From NCBI GenBank assembly GCA_965223425.1, contig OZ245003.1, positions 608,001-672,000 on the forward strand: a stretch of DNA of 64,000 nucleotides. The letters run 5' to 3'. A program made the translations under genes and the position numbers. The notes beneath the pieces were generated by a model. It searched no databases, was not told the origin of the DNA, and saw only the letters and a program-made list of their open reading frames with translations. Positions within the stretch are counted from its first letter, which is position 1. The number at the start of each line of letters is the position of its first letter. Below are positions 50,945 through 61,304 of this stretch, piece after piece. Origin of the DNA: Nitrosopumilus sp. (GTDB lineage: Archaea > Thermoproteota > Nitrososphaeria > Nitrososphaerales > Nitrosopumilaceae).

Positions 50945-52042
50945 TCAATTTAGTTTTCTAAATATAAACAAGTTTACCCCTTCCCAACCGTAATCCACAA
51001 AGCAGCCTGTCTGGTTTTTGGCAAGAGCCTTTCTGTTGATGCACTCGTTGATGAACTGTAGTGAGCTTACGGCGCCTGTGTTGCCTGTCATTTTCATCAA
51101 ATCATAACTGAGATCAATCCTTTCTTTATCGATTTGACATTTTGCAGAAACATAATCTACGAATCTATTTCCCGCAGTATGTAGTCCCCAGATCTTAATT
51201 CTCTTGAATTCAGACGGCATCTTTTTTTGCAGTATTTTGATATTTTGTGCAGAAAGGTCTGCTACCTGTTCTCTGAGCTTTGTTGGTTGTAGTTTCATAT
51301 CAAAGACTATTCTGTGCTTTTTGTCGGGAGACATCTTTATTGTGGCTTTTTTCACAGAATTTCTTGTGTCCTTTAGGGTAAGGATTGATTTTGAATCAAT
51401 CTGAATCTGTGTATTTTTTGTCTTTTTTTGTGATAGGATTGCAGATGCAGCAGCATCGCTGAAAACTAGAAAATAAATTAAATTGTAAAAATCGGCCCTG
51501 TCCTTTTTTGAGATGTGCCTTATCTGCTTTATTCTGTCTAAAAACCATGGAGTATAATGAGTTCCAATTAAAACAAATGCGTCTTCTTTTTCATTCATGA
51601 GAAAATATCCTGCAGAATTTAGCAGGGATTCTGAAAACGAGGAGCAGGCCAATCCTTGAAAGTTTTGCGCTCTGATGTCTTTTCTAAATGACAGCTTGGG
51701 AATCAGCTCAACTGTAGGCGAAGGATCAAGATATTGCTGATTGTCATTAATTGTAACAAATAGTCCTATTTTGTTGGGATTGATTCCACGAAGTGACTTT
51801 TTTGCAGTATTTACATACATCTCATTAATGCTGATATCTGGTTCGACAAAATCCCCCCTGTCAAAATCAATCTTTGAAAAATCGTATGATTTGTAGATAT
51901 AGTCTATTCCAAGCTCATTTTTTGCATACTCTCTGACATCCTTGTCCAGCTTTTTCTTTAGAAAGTCGTCTACAATCTCTGATATTGAATAACGAAACCT
52001 AGCTTTTGTTACTGCAATGTTTGACAAGTTAACAGATGGCAT
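50945..52042 (-). CDS. Type III polyketide synthase / KAS III-like condensing enzyme
   Basis: Cys (QGLACSS), FSDAAAS, His (LHTAG), Asn (GNTGAVSS), YGWEG; ATG 52042 overlaps upstream gene. Confidence 0.8.
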   Translation of the reverse strand: MPSVNLSNIAVTKARFRYSISEIVDDFLKKKLDKDVREYAKNELGIDYIYKSYDFSKIDFDRGDFVEPDISINEMYVNTAKKSLRGINPNKIGLFVTINDNQQYLDPSPTVELIPKLSFRKDIRAQNFQGLACSSFSESLLNSAGYFLMNEKEDAFVLIGTHYTPWFLDRIKQIRHISKKDRADFYNLIYFLVFSDAAASAILSQKKTKNTQIQIDSKSILTLKDTRNSVKKATIKMSPDKKHRIVFDMKLQPTKLREQVADLSAQNIKILQKKMPSEFKRIKIWGLHTAGNRFVDYVSAKCQIDKERIDLSYDLMKMTGNTGAVSSLQFINECINRKALAKNQTGCFVDYGWEGVNLFIFRKLN

Positions 52043-52967
52043 CTTTTTGAAGGCTCTTGAGCAATTTATCAAGCTTCTCAAAAAATTCGTCTGTATACTC
52101 GTATTCAGGAAGATCAAACCCCAAAATTATGGTTTGTAATTTTGAGTTTTCCCCCATTTTGATGATTTTCTCTTTACATTCCTCAACTGAGCCTGAAATT
52201 GTTAGTTCATCAGGCAGTTTATCCCCGACATTTTGAGCAGCATCCATTAATCCGACATTTTGAAAAGCATTCTTTATCCTCTCTACTTCGTACTGGAATC
52301 CCGCCTTTGCAAGTGAGACTGAATAAAACTCATTTGCACCAATGTAGCTAGCTAGTGTAATTTTTGCCTGACTGCTATCATCTGCAAAATAAGTAGGAAT
52401 TACTGACAGAACGTTAAACTCTCCTTTTTTATTCAAAGACTTTCGTGTAGAATTTATCATATCAATGTGGTCTGAAATTTGATCTCTGGGTTTTAGGAAA
52501 AAAATTGCACCATCTGCGTTTTTAGCTGCAAGCTTTGTGGTTTTCTCTCCAACTGCAGCCCAATAAACTGGGCCAGAGTACTTTGTTTTGATAAAACTTG
52601 AATAATCCCTTAGTCTGGAAAGTGGTTTTTTAAATTCCATATTCCACAAATTTTTAACTATTATGGGCGCGCTGGTTCCAATCCCCAAGACAAATTTTCC
52701 ACTCGTCTTTGTTTGAAGTTGATTTGCCGCACCAAGGATGTCCTCTTGTGTTCTTGAAAATACATTGATAATTCCTGTTCCAAGTTTTACATGCTTTACA
52801 CTCTCGCTGATTTTTGACAAGGCATCTAGTGCATCTACTCCAAAAAACTGTGGATGTGTTTCTGGCACGAAAAAACATTCCACTAAATTTTCATCTGCAA
52901 TCCGAGCCGCTCTTTTTATGGAATCCATTGTGGCCCTTATTCCAAGCTCTATTGCAATTTTAGTCAT
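52029..52967 (-). CDS. LLM-class flavin/F420-dependent oxidoreductase (Mer-like)
   Basis: VPETH, KLGTGIIN, FVLGIGTS, AAVGEKT..LAA..ADG. Confidence 0.88.
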   Translation of the reverse strand: MTKIAIELGIRATMDSIKRAARIADENLVECFFVPETHPQFFGVDALDALSKISESVKHVKLGTGIINVFSRTQEDILGAANQLQTKTSGKFVLGIGTSAPIIVKNLWNMEFKKPLSRLRDYSSFIKTKYSGPVYWAAVGEKTTKLAAKNADGAIFFLKPRDQISDHIDMINSTRKSLNKKGEFNVLSVIPTYFADDSSQAKITLASYIGANEFYSVSLAKAGFQYEVERIKNAFQNVGLMDAAQNVGDKLPDELTISGSVEECKEKIIKMGENSKLQTIILGFDLPEYEYTDEFFEKLDKLLKSLQKDAIC

Positions 52968-53001
52968 AAGATTCCTTCCAGTTTTCCCCCAGTATAAAAT
53001 C

Positions 53002-54306
53002 TTAGGAAGAGTGGATGTTTGTTCCATCCAAACTTCTTAATACGTCAACAAATGCCTCTGGAAGGGTTGGATGTGCATGAACTGTCTCAATCACATCTTT
53101 TGGTTTTAGTTTTAATTTTACAGCCAATGTAGCTTCTCCAATTATTTCACTTGCATGATCCCCGACAATGATTACCCCTTGCAAAATCCCATTTTCTTCA
53201 AAAACCTTGATGAACCCACGCGTATCTCCGAGGCAATTTGCCTTTGCATTGGCCACTAGTGGAAACTCTTTTGATCTTCCCTCAAATTTTCCAACAATTG
53301 CAACTTCAGGATATGTAAAAACACAAAATGGAACTACAGAATAATCCATCTGCCTTTTTTCTCCCAAAATGTTCTGTGCAGCAGTCTCTCCTTGGTATGA
53401 TGCAACATGTGCAAGCTCGTATTGCCCTGCAATGTCTCCAATTGCGTAAATATTTGATAGACTAGTCTGCATGTACTCATTTACAGTTATTCCATCATCG
53501 TCCCAATCAATTCCCAATTTGTCTAATTCATCAGTGCTATAGTTTGGAACTCTTCCTGTGCTGATTAGAATTTTTTCTGGATTTATTCCATCACCGTTGA
53601 CTGATACCTTGCTGCCATCTATTTTCATTGTAGATTTTGTCATAACAGAAACTCCGTCAAGCTTCATGTATTTCTCAATTGCAGATCCCACCTCCTTTGG
53701 CTGACCTGGCAAAAGAGAGTCTTCCATCTCCACTAGCCAAATTTTACATCCTAATGCATTAAGAATTGCTGCAAACTCACATCCGCTATATCCCCCACCC
53801 ACAATCAAGACTGATTCAGGAAGACTCTCTAAATCAAAAACAGAGTCTGTTGTCACAATCTTTTCAGCAAGAGTCTCTGTTTGAAATTTTTTGGGTTTAC
53901 TGCCAGTGGCCAGTACGATATTTTTTGTTTCTAAAGTTTTATCATTTACAGCAACCTTATTTGGAGACTTTATGGCCGCCTCCCCTTTGACTAATTCGAT
54001 TTCGTATTCTTTGAACAAAAAATCAATTCCTGCTGCAAGCTTTGAGACAGTTGATTTCATTTTTGAGTTGAGAACAGGATAATCAATCTCGATGTTGCTG
54101 TTGATTCCAAATTTTTTTGCAGATTTTGCCTTTCTGACAATACTTCCCATCGAATGGAGGTATTTTGTTGGAATGCAGCCTTTGTGGGTACATGTGCCTC
54201 CTAGGTCGTTTTTCTCAACAACGCAGACCTTTGCTCCTTGCCTTGCTAGGCTTATTGCGCAGACATAGCCTGCAGGTCCGGCACCAATTATTACTGCATC
54301 AAGCAT
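53002..54306 (-). CDS. lpdA: Dihydrolipoamide dehydrogenase (GCS L protein)
   Basis: GAGPAG, GGTCTHKGCIP, HAHPTLPE. Confidence 0.95.
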   Translation of the reverse strand: MLDAVIIGAGPAGYVCAISLARQGAKVCVVEKNDLGGTCTHKGCIPTKYLHSMGSIVRKAKSAKKFGINSNIEIDYPVLNSKMKSTVSKLAAGIDFLFKEYEIELVKGEAAIKSPNKVAVNDKTLETKNIVLATGSKPKKFQTETLAEKIVTTDSVFDLESLPESVLIVGGGYSGCEFAAILNALGCKIWLVEMEDSLLPGQPKEVGSAIEKYMKLDGVSVMTKSTMKIDGSKVSVNGDGINPEKILISTGRVPNYSTDELDKLGIDWDDDGITVNEYMQTSLSNIYAIGDIAGQYELAHVASYQGETAAQNILGEKRQMDYSVVPFCVFTYPEVAIVGKFEGRSKEFPLVANAKANCLGDTRGFIKVFEENGILQGVIIVGDHASEIIGEATLAVKLKLKPKDVIETVHAHPTLPEAFVDVLRSLDGTNIHSS

Positions 54307-54349
54307 GGGTTTGATGACATCTTAGGCTCAATAAATTTTATCAGGATCA

Positions 54350-55072
54350 TCATCTTCTAAACGTCCAATTTTCACTTGAAAACTTCTCATTGGCTAGTTT
54401 CTGGGATGATTCTAATTCATCCTGGGATAACTCGTAAGGGACAAGCTCACATCCAAAAACATCTTTTGCACTGTCTTTTAGAGCATCAGAAACCTGTTCA
54501 AATCTTTTTGAAATACCTGTCACCCTGTTTTTAACATCTGAAATTTTTTTGTCGCTTATTTTTTCTAACGGCACCTTTAACAACGAAAACATCTTTTCCA
54601 CATCTACTTCTAAAAGAACGGTTCCATGTTGCAACAAAGTATCGTTTTTTCTAGTTTGTGCATTTCCACAAACCTTCTTTCCATTTACAGTAACATCATT
54701 TAACGGTGAAAATTTGGCATCATGGCCGAGTTTTTTTAATGTTTGAATAACTATTTCACTTATTTGCTCATAAGATTCCAAAATATTTTGTGGATAGTCC
54801 TTTGTAACAAATGAGTATGTTAATTCCATGTCATGCAACACTGCCCCTCCTCCGGTAATTCTTCTAACCACATCTACATTCTCTTCTTTGCATTTTTTGT
54901 AATCTACTTCTTGTATGCTTTGAAAGTAGCCAATTGAAATGCAAGGATTTGACCATCCATAAATTCTCAAAATGGGCTCTTCGCAGCTGTATAGAAGTAC
55001 TTCATCAACTGCCATGTTCCATGATCCAGTACTGTCCCCCGTCTCTAAAATTCTAATTTTCTCGAATTTCAT
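54350..55072 (-). CDS. Lipoate-protein ligase / octanoyltransferase catalytic subunit
   Basis: VRRITGGGAVLHD, KKVCGNAQ, LQHGT. Confidence 0.92.
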   Translation of the reverse strand: MKFEKIRILETGDSTGSWNMAVDEVLLYSCEEPILRIYGWSNPCISIGYFQSIQEVDYKKCKEENVDVVRRITGGGAVLHDMELTYSFVTKDYPQNILESYEQISEIVIQTLKKLGHDAKFSPLNDVTVNGKKVCGNAQTRKNDTLLQHGTVLLEVDVEKMFSLLKVPLEKISDKKISDVKNRVTGISKRFEQVSDALKDSAKDVFGCELVPYELSQDELESSQKLANEKFSSENWTFRR

Positions 55073-55073
55073 T

Positions 55074-55367
55074 TCACTCACCTCCAAGTATGACATCAAC
55101 TAGCGAGTCTACGTCAAATCCAAAAACTTGTGAATCGTTTAAAACAGATTGAATCTTGTTTTTCAAGTCTCCTTTCTCTAATTTAACACCGCAAAGCTCT
55201 TTCTCTAGATGCTCGATTGACTCCTCAGGGTGGATGAAAAAGTCCCCTGTTATCTTGATTGACTGAATTAGTTTTGATTCTTTATTGTAGGCAATATCGA
55301 TTTCTACCATTTTGCCTAGCTTTGCAGATGTTTTGAGACTGACTATCTCGTCATGGCTGGAACTCAA
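55074..55367 (-). CDS. Lipoate ligase C-terminal accessory domain (LplB-like)
   Basis: IKITGDFFIHPEE.I..LE..L.G. Confidence 0.85.
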   Translation of the reverse strand: MSSSHDEIVSLKTSAKLGKMVEIDIAYNKESKLIQSIKITGDFFIHPEESIEHLEKELCGVKLEKGDLKNKIQSVLNDSQVFGFDVDSLVDVILGGE

Positions 55368-55368
55368 C

Positions 55369-56781
55369 TTATGATTCTCTAGGCACCCATCTTAGGTTTA
55401 ATTCACGTGCTGCCTTTACCTCATCTAGCCTTCCTGGGGTTGTATGAGGGGCATTTGTGACTAGTTCCGGGTCTTCTTTGAGCTCCTTGATGATAGTTTT
55501 GAGAATATTGGCAAACTTGTCTAGCGTCTCTTTGCTTTCTGTCTCTGTAGGCTCTATCATCAAGGCCTCCTTTACAATTAGGGGAAAGTAAATTGTTGGA
55601 GCATGAAAGCCATGATCTGTAATTCTTTTTGCAATGTTTGCAGCACTCTTTTCACCAAAGTTTTTTGCAGACAGAACAAATTCATGGGCACACCTTCTGT
55701 CATATGGTATGTCAAAATCTTCTTTTAGCAAGCTGAACAGATAATTGGCATTCAGAACCGCTATTTGTGATATTTTTTGAATGTTTGTGCCACAAGATTT
55801 TATGTATGATAGTGCACGAACAACAATTCCAAAATTTCCATAAAACGAATGCATCTTACCTACACTCTTTTCCTTATTGTTTTCAAAAGAAAACTGTTCG
55901 TTGTCTTTTTTAATTCTAGGCACTGGCAAATAATCCTCAAGAAACGAACGCACCCCCAAAGCTCCCCCGCCGGGTCCCCCACCACCATGCGGTGTTGAAA
56001 ATGTCTTATGCAAATTAAGATGGATCATGTCAAATCCTTGCTCAGCTGGCTTGCTAATTCCTAAAATTGCATTCATGTTTGCACCATCACAGTACATCAA
56101 TGCACCGTTTTCCTTTGCAACCTTTTGAATCTCTGACAAGCTCTCTTCATACAATCCCAGTGTGTTTGGATTTGTAATCATTACAACGGCAACATCTCTT
56201 CCTATCTTTTTTTTAAATTCATTGATATCCATGTTTCCACGATCATCTGTTGGAATTGTTATTGTTTGAAATTTGCACATCGCTGCAGTTGCAGGATTTG
56301 TCCCATGAGCAGAATCCGGAATAATAATCTTAGTTCTGTTTTCGTTTCTTTCTGCAAAATATTTCTTGGCAATCATCACTCCAAGTAATTCACATTGTGA
56401 TCCCGCAGCTGGTTGCAAAGAAACTGCATCCATGCCAGTGATCTCTTTTAGACACTCTTCTAGTTCCCAAATCACTTGTAGTGCTCCTTGAGCATGGCTA
56501 GTGGGCATGTGGGGATGCAGGCCTGAGAATCCCGGCAACCTGGCAATATCCTCGTTGACTCTGGGATTGTATTTCATAGTACATGAGCCTAGAGGATAGA
56601 AATTTGTGTCAATTCCGTAATTTTTCTTTGATAGTTCGGTGTAGTGTCTTATGATTTGAATCTCATTTACATCAGATAGTGGAAGAGAGTCTCTTCTTAG
56701 TTCTTCGGGCAGATCTACGTCCATCTCATCGCATGGGATGTGTTTGGAGTTTGATTGATAATAGTCAAAAATCAGTATCAT
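55369..56781 (-). CDS. gcvPB: Glycine dehydrogenase subunit 2
   Basis: PLGSCTMKYNP, AHGTNPA, LHKTFSTPHGGGGPG, IEPTETE. Confidence 0.97.
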   Translation of the reverse strand: MILIFDYYQSNSKHIPCDEMDVDLPEELRRDSLPLSDVNEIQIIRHYTELSKKNYGIDTNFYPLGSCTMKYNPRVNEDIARLPGFSGLHPHMPTSHAQGALQVIWELEECLKEITGMDAVSLQPAAGSQCELLGVMIAKKYFAERNENRTKIIIPDSAHGTNPATAAMCKFQTITIPTDDRGNMDINEFKKKIGRDVAVVMITNPNTLGLYEESLSEIQKVAKENGALMYCDGANMNAILGISKPAEQGFDMIHLNLHKTFSTPHGGGGPGGGALGVRSFLEDYLPVPRIKKDNEQFSFENNKEKSVGKMHSFYGNFGIVVRALSYIKSCGTNIQKISQIAVLNANYLFSLLKEDFDIPYDRRCAHEFVLSAKNFGEKSAANIAKRITDHGFHAPTIYFPLIVKEALMIEPTETESKETLDKFANILKTIIKELKEDPELVTNAPHTTPGRLDEVKAARELNLRWVPRES

Positions 56782-58031
56782 TTGCTCACCGCCGAAACAT
56801 ACGAGTCAATGTCTTGAAGCGAGTTTTTTTCTGTGCAACAAATCAATAGTTTGTTGCCTCCAACATCTATGCCTCCAAAAATATTCTCTTCTAACAGGTC
56901 GTCAATAATTTTTTGAGTTGATTTTGGCGCTTTAACTAAAAACTCGTTATAAAATGGATCTGAGTTAAGAGATTCAAAGCCGTTTTTTCTTAACTTCTCA
57001 TTTAGGATATGTGCTCTGTTGTATGATGCTTTTGCTACATTTTGAAGCCCTAATTTTCCAACTGATGCTAAATAAATTGTTGCAGTCAAAGCCAAAAGCG
57101 TTTGATTGGTTGTAATGTTGCTTGTGGCACGCTCTCTTCTGATAAATTGCTCTCTTGCCTGCAATGTTAATACAAATCCTTCATTGCCTTGGTTGTCTGT
57201 TGTCATTCCCACAATTCTTCCAGGCAGTTTTTTTGTCAAAAATTGTTTTACTGCAATGAATCCCAGATATGGCCCTCCAAAACTTTTTGGAATGCCAAAC
57301 GACTGTCCCTCCCCCGCCACAATATCTGCACCAAACTCTCCGGGTGTTTTAAGAATTGCCAAGGATGTAGGATCAGATATGCAATTAATGAAAAGTGAGC
57401 CGTTTTGATGCGCTTTTTCAATCAGACTTTGTGGATTTTTTATATTGCCAAAAAAGTCTGGTGTCTGTGAAATCACACATGCAGTGTTTTCATCAACTGT
57501 ATTTGTAATTTCAAGCTCTGTCCCATCACAGTATGTCTGAAGAACTTTGAGATATGATGGATTGAGTCCATCGTCGGCATAAACTCCTTTTCTTTTTGTA
57601 TGTGCACTTGACAGCAGCGCAGCCTCTGCCAAGGCTGAGGCTCCATCATAAAGGGATGCATTTGAGACATCCATGCCTGTAAGCAGGCACACAAATGACT
57701 GAAATTCGTATAAAATTTGCAAAATTCCTTGGCTGGCCTCTGGTTGGTAGGGCGTGTATGAAGTAAGAAGTTCCCCCCTTGAAACAAGATGGTTGATAAC
57801 AGCTGGAACAAAGTGATCATAAGAGCCTCCTCCTGCAAAGTATCTTAGTTGGGAATTTTTTTCTGATAGCGATGTCATGTAAGAAACCAGTTCCATTTCA
57901 CTTAACGGATCATCTAGCTTTAATTCCGAAAGTCTTGGCTTAAACTCAGAGATTAGCTCATCTAATGTTGGGCAACCAACAACTGAAAGCATTTTAGAAA
58001 TGTGCTCATCTGTGTGCGGGATAAAATCCAT
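56778..58031 (-). CDS. gcvPA: Glycine dehydrogenase subunit 1
   Basis: YTPYQPEASQG, NASLYDGASA, QAREQFIRRERATSNI. Confidence 0.97.
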   Translation of the reverse strand: MDFIPHTDEHISKMLSVVGCPTLDELISEFKPRLSELKLDDPLSEMELVSYMTSLSEKNSQLRYFAGGGSYDHFVPAVINHLVSRGELLTSYTPYQPEASQGILQILYEFQSFVCLLTGMDVSNASLYDGASALAEAALLSSAHTKRKGVYADDGLNPSYLKVLQTYCDGTELEITNTVDENTACVISQTPDFFGNIKNPQSLIEKAHQNGSLFINCISDPTSLAILKTPGEFGADIVAGEGQSFGIPKSFGGPYLGFIAVKQFLTKKLPGRIVGMTTDNQGNEGFVLTLQAREQFIRRERATSNITTNQTLLALTATIYLASVGKLGLQNVAKASYNRAHILNEKLRKNGFESLNSDPFYNEFLVKAPKSTQKIIDDLLEENIFGGIDVGGNKLLICCTEKNSLQDIDSYVSAVSK

Positions 58032-58034
58032 TGA

Positions 58035-58415
58035 TTATTCCTTGTTTTGGCCTACTATTTCATCATATTGTTCCTTGGAAAGTAAAGAGTCTATTTGTTC
58101 AGGACTGTCTGGTTTCATTTTTACAATCCAGCCTTCTTCGTATGGCGACTGGTTGATTAATTCTGGATGCTCTGATAGTTTATCATTAGTTTCAATCACT
58201 TCCCCGTCCACGGGGCAATAAATGTCAGAAGATGCTTTGACCGAGTCCATTATTGCCATTACGTCATTTTGTTTGAATGCGGTGGGGACTTGAGGCAACT
58301 CAATGGAAACAATATCTCCTAATTGCTCTTGAGCAAACTCTGTAATTCCAACAATTATGACTTGATCGCTTTTTTCAACCCATTCATGTTCTTTAGTAAA
58401 TTTTCTTTCTGCCAC
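58035..58415 (-). CDS. gcvH: Glycine cleavage H protein
   Basis: HEWV, GITEFAQEQLGD, DSVKASSD lipoyl lysine. Confidence 0.97.
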   Translation of the reverse strand: MAERKFTKEHEWVEKSDQVIIVGITEFAQEQLGDIVSIELPQVPTAFKQNDVMAIMDSVKASSDIYCPVDGEVIETNDKLSEHPELINQSPYEEGWIVKMKPDSPEQIDSLLSKEQYDEIVGQNKE

Positions 58416-58452
58416 GGGAACCTCTGAAATAATCTCTTTAAAAAAAGTTGTT

Positions 58453-59508
58453 TTATCTTTTGTAAAACCTGGTGGATGTTAATTTGCTCTCATAGAATTT
58501 ATCGCCAATGCCGATCCTGATTTCTCCATCTAATGGGAATTCTACAGGTACAAAACAATATCCGATTGGTTTGCCAAGTGTAGGGGAAAAACCACCTGAT
58601 GTGACAACCCCAATCCCGTTTTCCTCGTTGTAAACCTTGTTATTTTTTCTTGCAACTCGTTTTGTTTCAGTAATTTCAAAACCCCTCATTTTCCTTTCTA
58701 CTTTCTTCTGCTCTAGGGCCGCCTTTCCGATAAACTCTGTTTCAAATTTGACTGCCCATTTTAGAGGCGCCTCAAGAGGTGTGACTGTATCATCAATGTC
58801 ATTGCCATAAAGCATCATTCCTGCCTCCAGTCTTAGCGAGTCGCGAGCCCCCAAACCGATGGGCTTTATTCCATATTTTGAGCCTATTTCAAGTAATTTT
58901 CCCCAAACTTGTACTTGTTTTGAATCAAAAAACAACTCAAATCCATCCTCACCTGTGTACCCAGTTCTTGAAATAGCGCAATTAACACCATCAAGTTTTG
59001 CTTCAAGTAAATGAAATGACTTTAGATTTTCTATATTTTCAATTCCTGCATCTTTTAGGATGTTCTCAGCTTTGGGACCCTGAAGTGCAAGCAGCGCATA
59101 ATCATCAGTAACATTTTGAACTTTACATGATTTTGCATTATCTGTAATCCACTGAAAATCTTTTTGGATGTTTGATGAGTTTACAACGATTATGAATTCA
59201 TTTGAATTTATTTTGCTAACTATGACATCATCTACAATCCCCCCGTCCTCGTTGCACATTGGGGAGTAAACACAGCAATTATCGCTAATCTTTGAAATAT
59301 CGTTTGTAATCAAATTTTGAATCTGTGATTCTGCATCTCCGGTGATCTTAACTCTGCCCATATGAGACACATCAAACAGCCCAACATTTTCCCTGACACA
59401 TTTGTGTTCATCAATTATTCCAGAATACTGCAATGGCATCTCCCATCCGTGAAAGTCAACCATTTTAGCTTTTGATTCTAAATGATTCTTAAAAAACGGT
59501 GATCGCAT
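58453..59508 (-). CDS. gcvT: Glycine cleavage aminomethyltransferase T
   Basis: FDVSHMG, RTGYTGEDGFE, GLGARDSLRLEAG. Confidence 0.97.
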   Translation of the reverse strand: MRSPFFKNHLESKAKMVDFHGWEMPLQYSGIIDEHKCVRENVGLFDVSHMGRVKITGDAESQIQNLITNDISKISDNCCVYSPMCNEDGGIVDDVIVSKINSNEFIIVVNSSNIQKDFQWITDNAKSCKVQNVTDDYALLALQGPKAENILKDAGIENIENLKSFHLLEAKLDGVNCAISRTGYTGEDGFELFFDSKQVQVWGKLLEIGSKYGIKPIGLGARDSLRLEAGMMLYGNDIDDTVTPLEAPLKWAVKFETEFIGKAALEQKKVERKMRGFEITETKRVARKNNKVYNEENGIGVVTSGGFSPTLGKPIGYCFVPVEFPLDGEIRIGIGDKFYESKLTSTRFYKR

Positions 59509-59535
59509 GTAAAGTAAAATGTTTTTATTCGTTAT

Positions 59536-60414
59536 ATGTTCATTGAACCGATGAGCTTAATTCGACCAGATTGGCTGAAGATGAAAATTCCTTCAGGTGA
59601 AAGCTATGTCAAAGTAAGAAGGACTTTGCAAAAATATAACTTGCATACTGTTTGTGAGGAGGCCTCCTGCCCTAACGTCTCTGAGTGCTGGGGCGTTGGA
59701 ACCGCAACGCTGATGATCATGGGCGATACTTGCTCACGTGGATGTAAGTTTTGTAATGTTGATACTGGAAAGCCCTTGGAGTTAGACCAAAATGAGCCTA
59801 AAAATGTGGCCAAGGCAGTTAAAGACTGGAATCTTCGCTATGTGGTAATCACGTCTGTCTGCAGGGATGATCTTCCTGATGAAGGTTCTGAGCATTTTGC
59901 AAAAACCATCCAGCACATCAAATCTGGATGTCCAAATACAATAGTAGAGTCATTGATTCCTGATTTTAGTGGAAACGACAAGTTTCTCAAAGAAATAGTC
60001 AAAGCAAAACCAGATGTAATAGGGCACAATGTTGAGACTGTCAAACGACTTGGTCCATCTGTTAGAGATCCTCGTGCAAACTACAAACAGTCGTTGAAGG
60101 TTTTAAAAGATGTAAAAGAATTTGATTCCAGTATTTTTACAAAATCTTCTTTGATGCTGGGATTAGGCGAGTCCGAAGAGGAGATAATTCAAGCAGCACA
60201 AGAACTTAGAGATGTCAATGTTGATATGATCACTCTTGGCCAGTACTTGCAGCCATCCCAACTGCATCTTCCAGTAAAAGAGTTTGTGACACCAGAAAAA
60301 TTTTATCAATTAAAGACTGATTTGAAAAGATTGGGATTCCTGCATGTGGAGTCTGGTCCATTTGTTAGAAGCTCATTTCGGGCATCAGATGTGATTGAAC
60401 TAATTACTAGATAG
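59536..60414 (+). CDS. lipA: Lipoyl synthase
   Basis: CEEASCPNVSEC, CSRGCKFC, VRSSF. Confidence 0.97.
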   Translation: MFIEPMSLIRPDWLKMKIPSGESYVKVRRTLQKYNLHTVCEEASCPNVSECWGVGTATLMIMGDTCSRGCKFCNVDTGKPLELDQNEPKNVAKAVKDWNLRYVVITSVCRDDLPDEGSEHFAKTIQHIKSGCPNTIVESLIPDFSGNDKFLKEIVKAKPDVIGHNVETVKRLGPSVRDPRANYKQSLKVLKDVKEFDSSIFTKSSLMLGLGESEEEIIQAAQELRDVNVDMITLGQYLQPSQLHLPVKEFVTPEKFYQLKTDLKRLGFLHVESGPFVRSSFRASDVIELITR

Positions 60415-60437
60415 GATCCTAAATTATTTTTCTAGGT

Positions 60438-61304
60438 TCATGCAGGTGTGTAATCTTTTGCCTGTCCGGCAACTGCTCTTGCTTGGGAATCTGCTTTTTG
60501 CAAAATCTGCTCTTTTGTTTCGTCAGTCATAAAGCCTGATTCGACTGATACAGAACGTGCAGATTGTGCTGCCTTGCTGAGTATTTGTGGAATGTTCTCT
60601 GGTGTGACATATGCTGCTTCAATAGACAGTGAAACTGCTTCTTGATGTGCCTGTGCAAACTCGTTTCTGATCTTCTCGATATCAATTATCATCTCTTCCT
60701 GAGCATACTTGAGCCCACCTTCTAATGCCGTGTAAAGTGTAATTCCTGCTTCTACAGGTTTGATGTCTAATTTACCTAGAATTACTGCTAATTTTTCATC
60801 GATGGCTTCTCCTTTTAGTACTGGCGTGCTATCCTTTGCAATCCAAATTGTTCCCTGATCAATTTTAGTTGGAATTCCTGCTTCTTTGAATTCAGTAAGC
60901 ATTGGCCCTGGCGCAATTCCTGTGTTTTTTGCAGGTACTACAATGTCCACACTTGCAATGTCTCCTCCTCTTGCAGCCATCATGATCTTATTTTTGGCCA
61001 GAAGAACATTTAGCTTGAATGGTGACATGTTCGTAAACATGAACATGCATTGTCCTTTGAGCTCTCCAACCATGTTCTTGATTCCTGGCACGTCAGTTCC
61101 CTCCAGTGCCTTTTGGGCAATTTTGTCTTTGATACTTACAAATTCGACATCATCCTTGAGAGTTTTTCTTAACGGCAATATCTGTGTGGAACGTACTTTG
61201 CTCATTTTGATTATTGCTAGAACTTTGTATTTTTTTGGCAGTTCTTGTAATTGTTGATACATCTGAGCTTTTCTTTTAGGATAGGATGTTCTGTTTTCAT
61301 GCAT
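60438..61304 (-). CDS. rpl10: 50S ribosomal protein L10 (P0)
   Basis: NTGIAPGPML..F...GIPTKI; follows rpl1. Confidence 0.96.
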   Translation of the reverse strand: MHENRTSYPKRKAQMYQQLQELPKKYKVLAIIKMSKVRSTQILPLRKTLKDDVEFVSIKDKIAQKALEGTDVPGIKNMVGELKGQCMFMFTNMSPFKLNVLLAKNKIMMAARGGDIASVDIVVPAKNTGIAPGPMLTEFKEAGIPTKIDQGTIWIAKDSTPVLKGEAIDEKLAVILGKLDIKPVEAGITLYTALEGGLKYAQEEMIIDIEKIRNEFAQAHQEAVSLSIEAAYVTPENIPQILSKAAQSARSVSVESGFMTDETKEQILQKADSQARAVAGQAKDYTPA

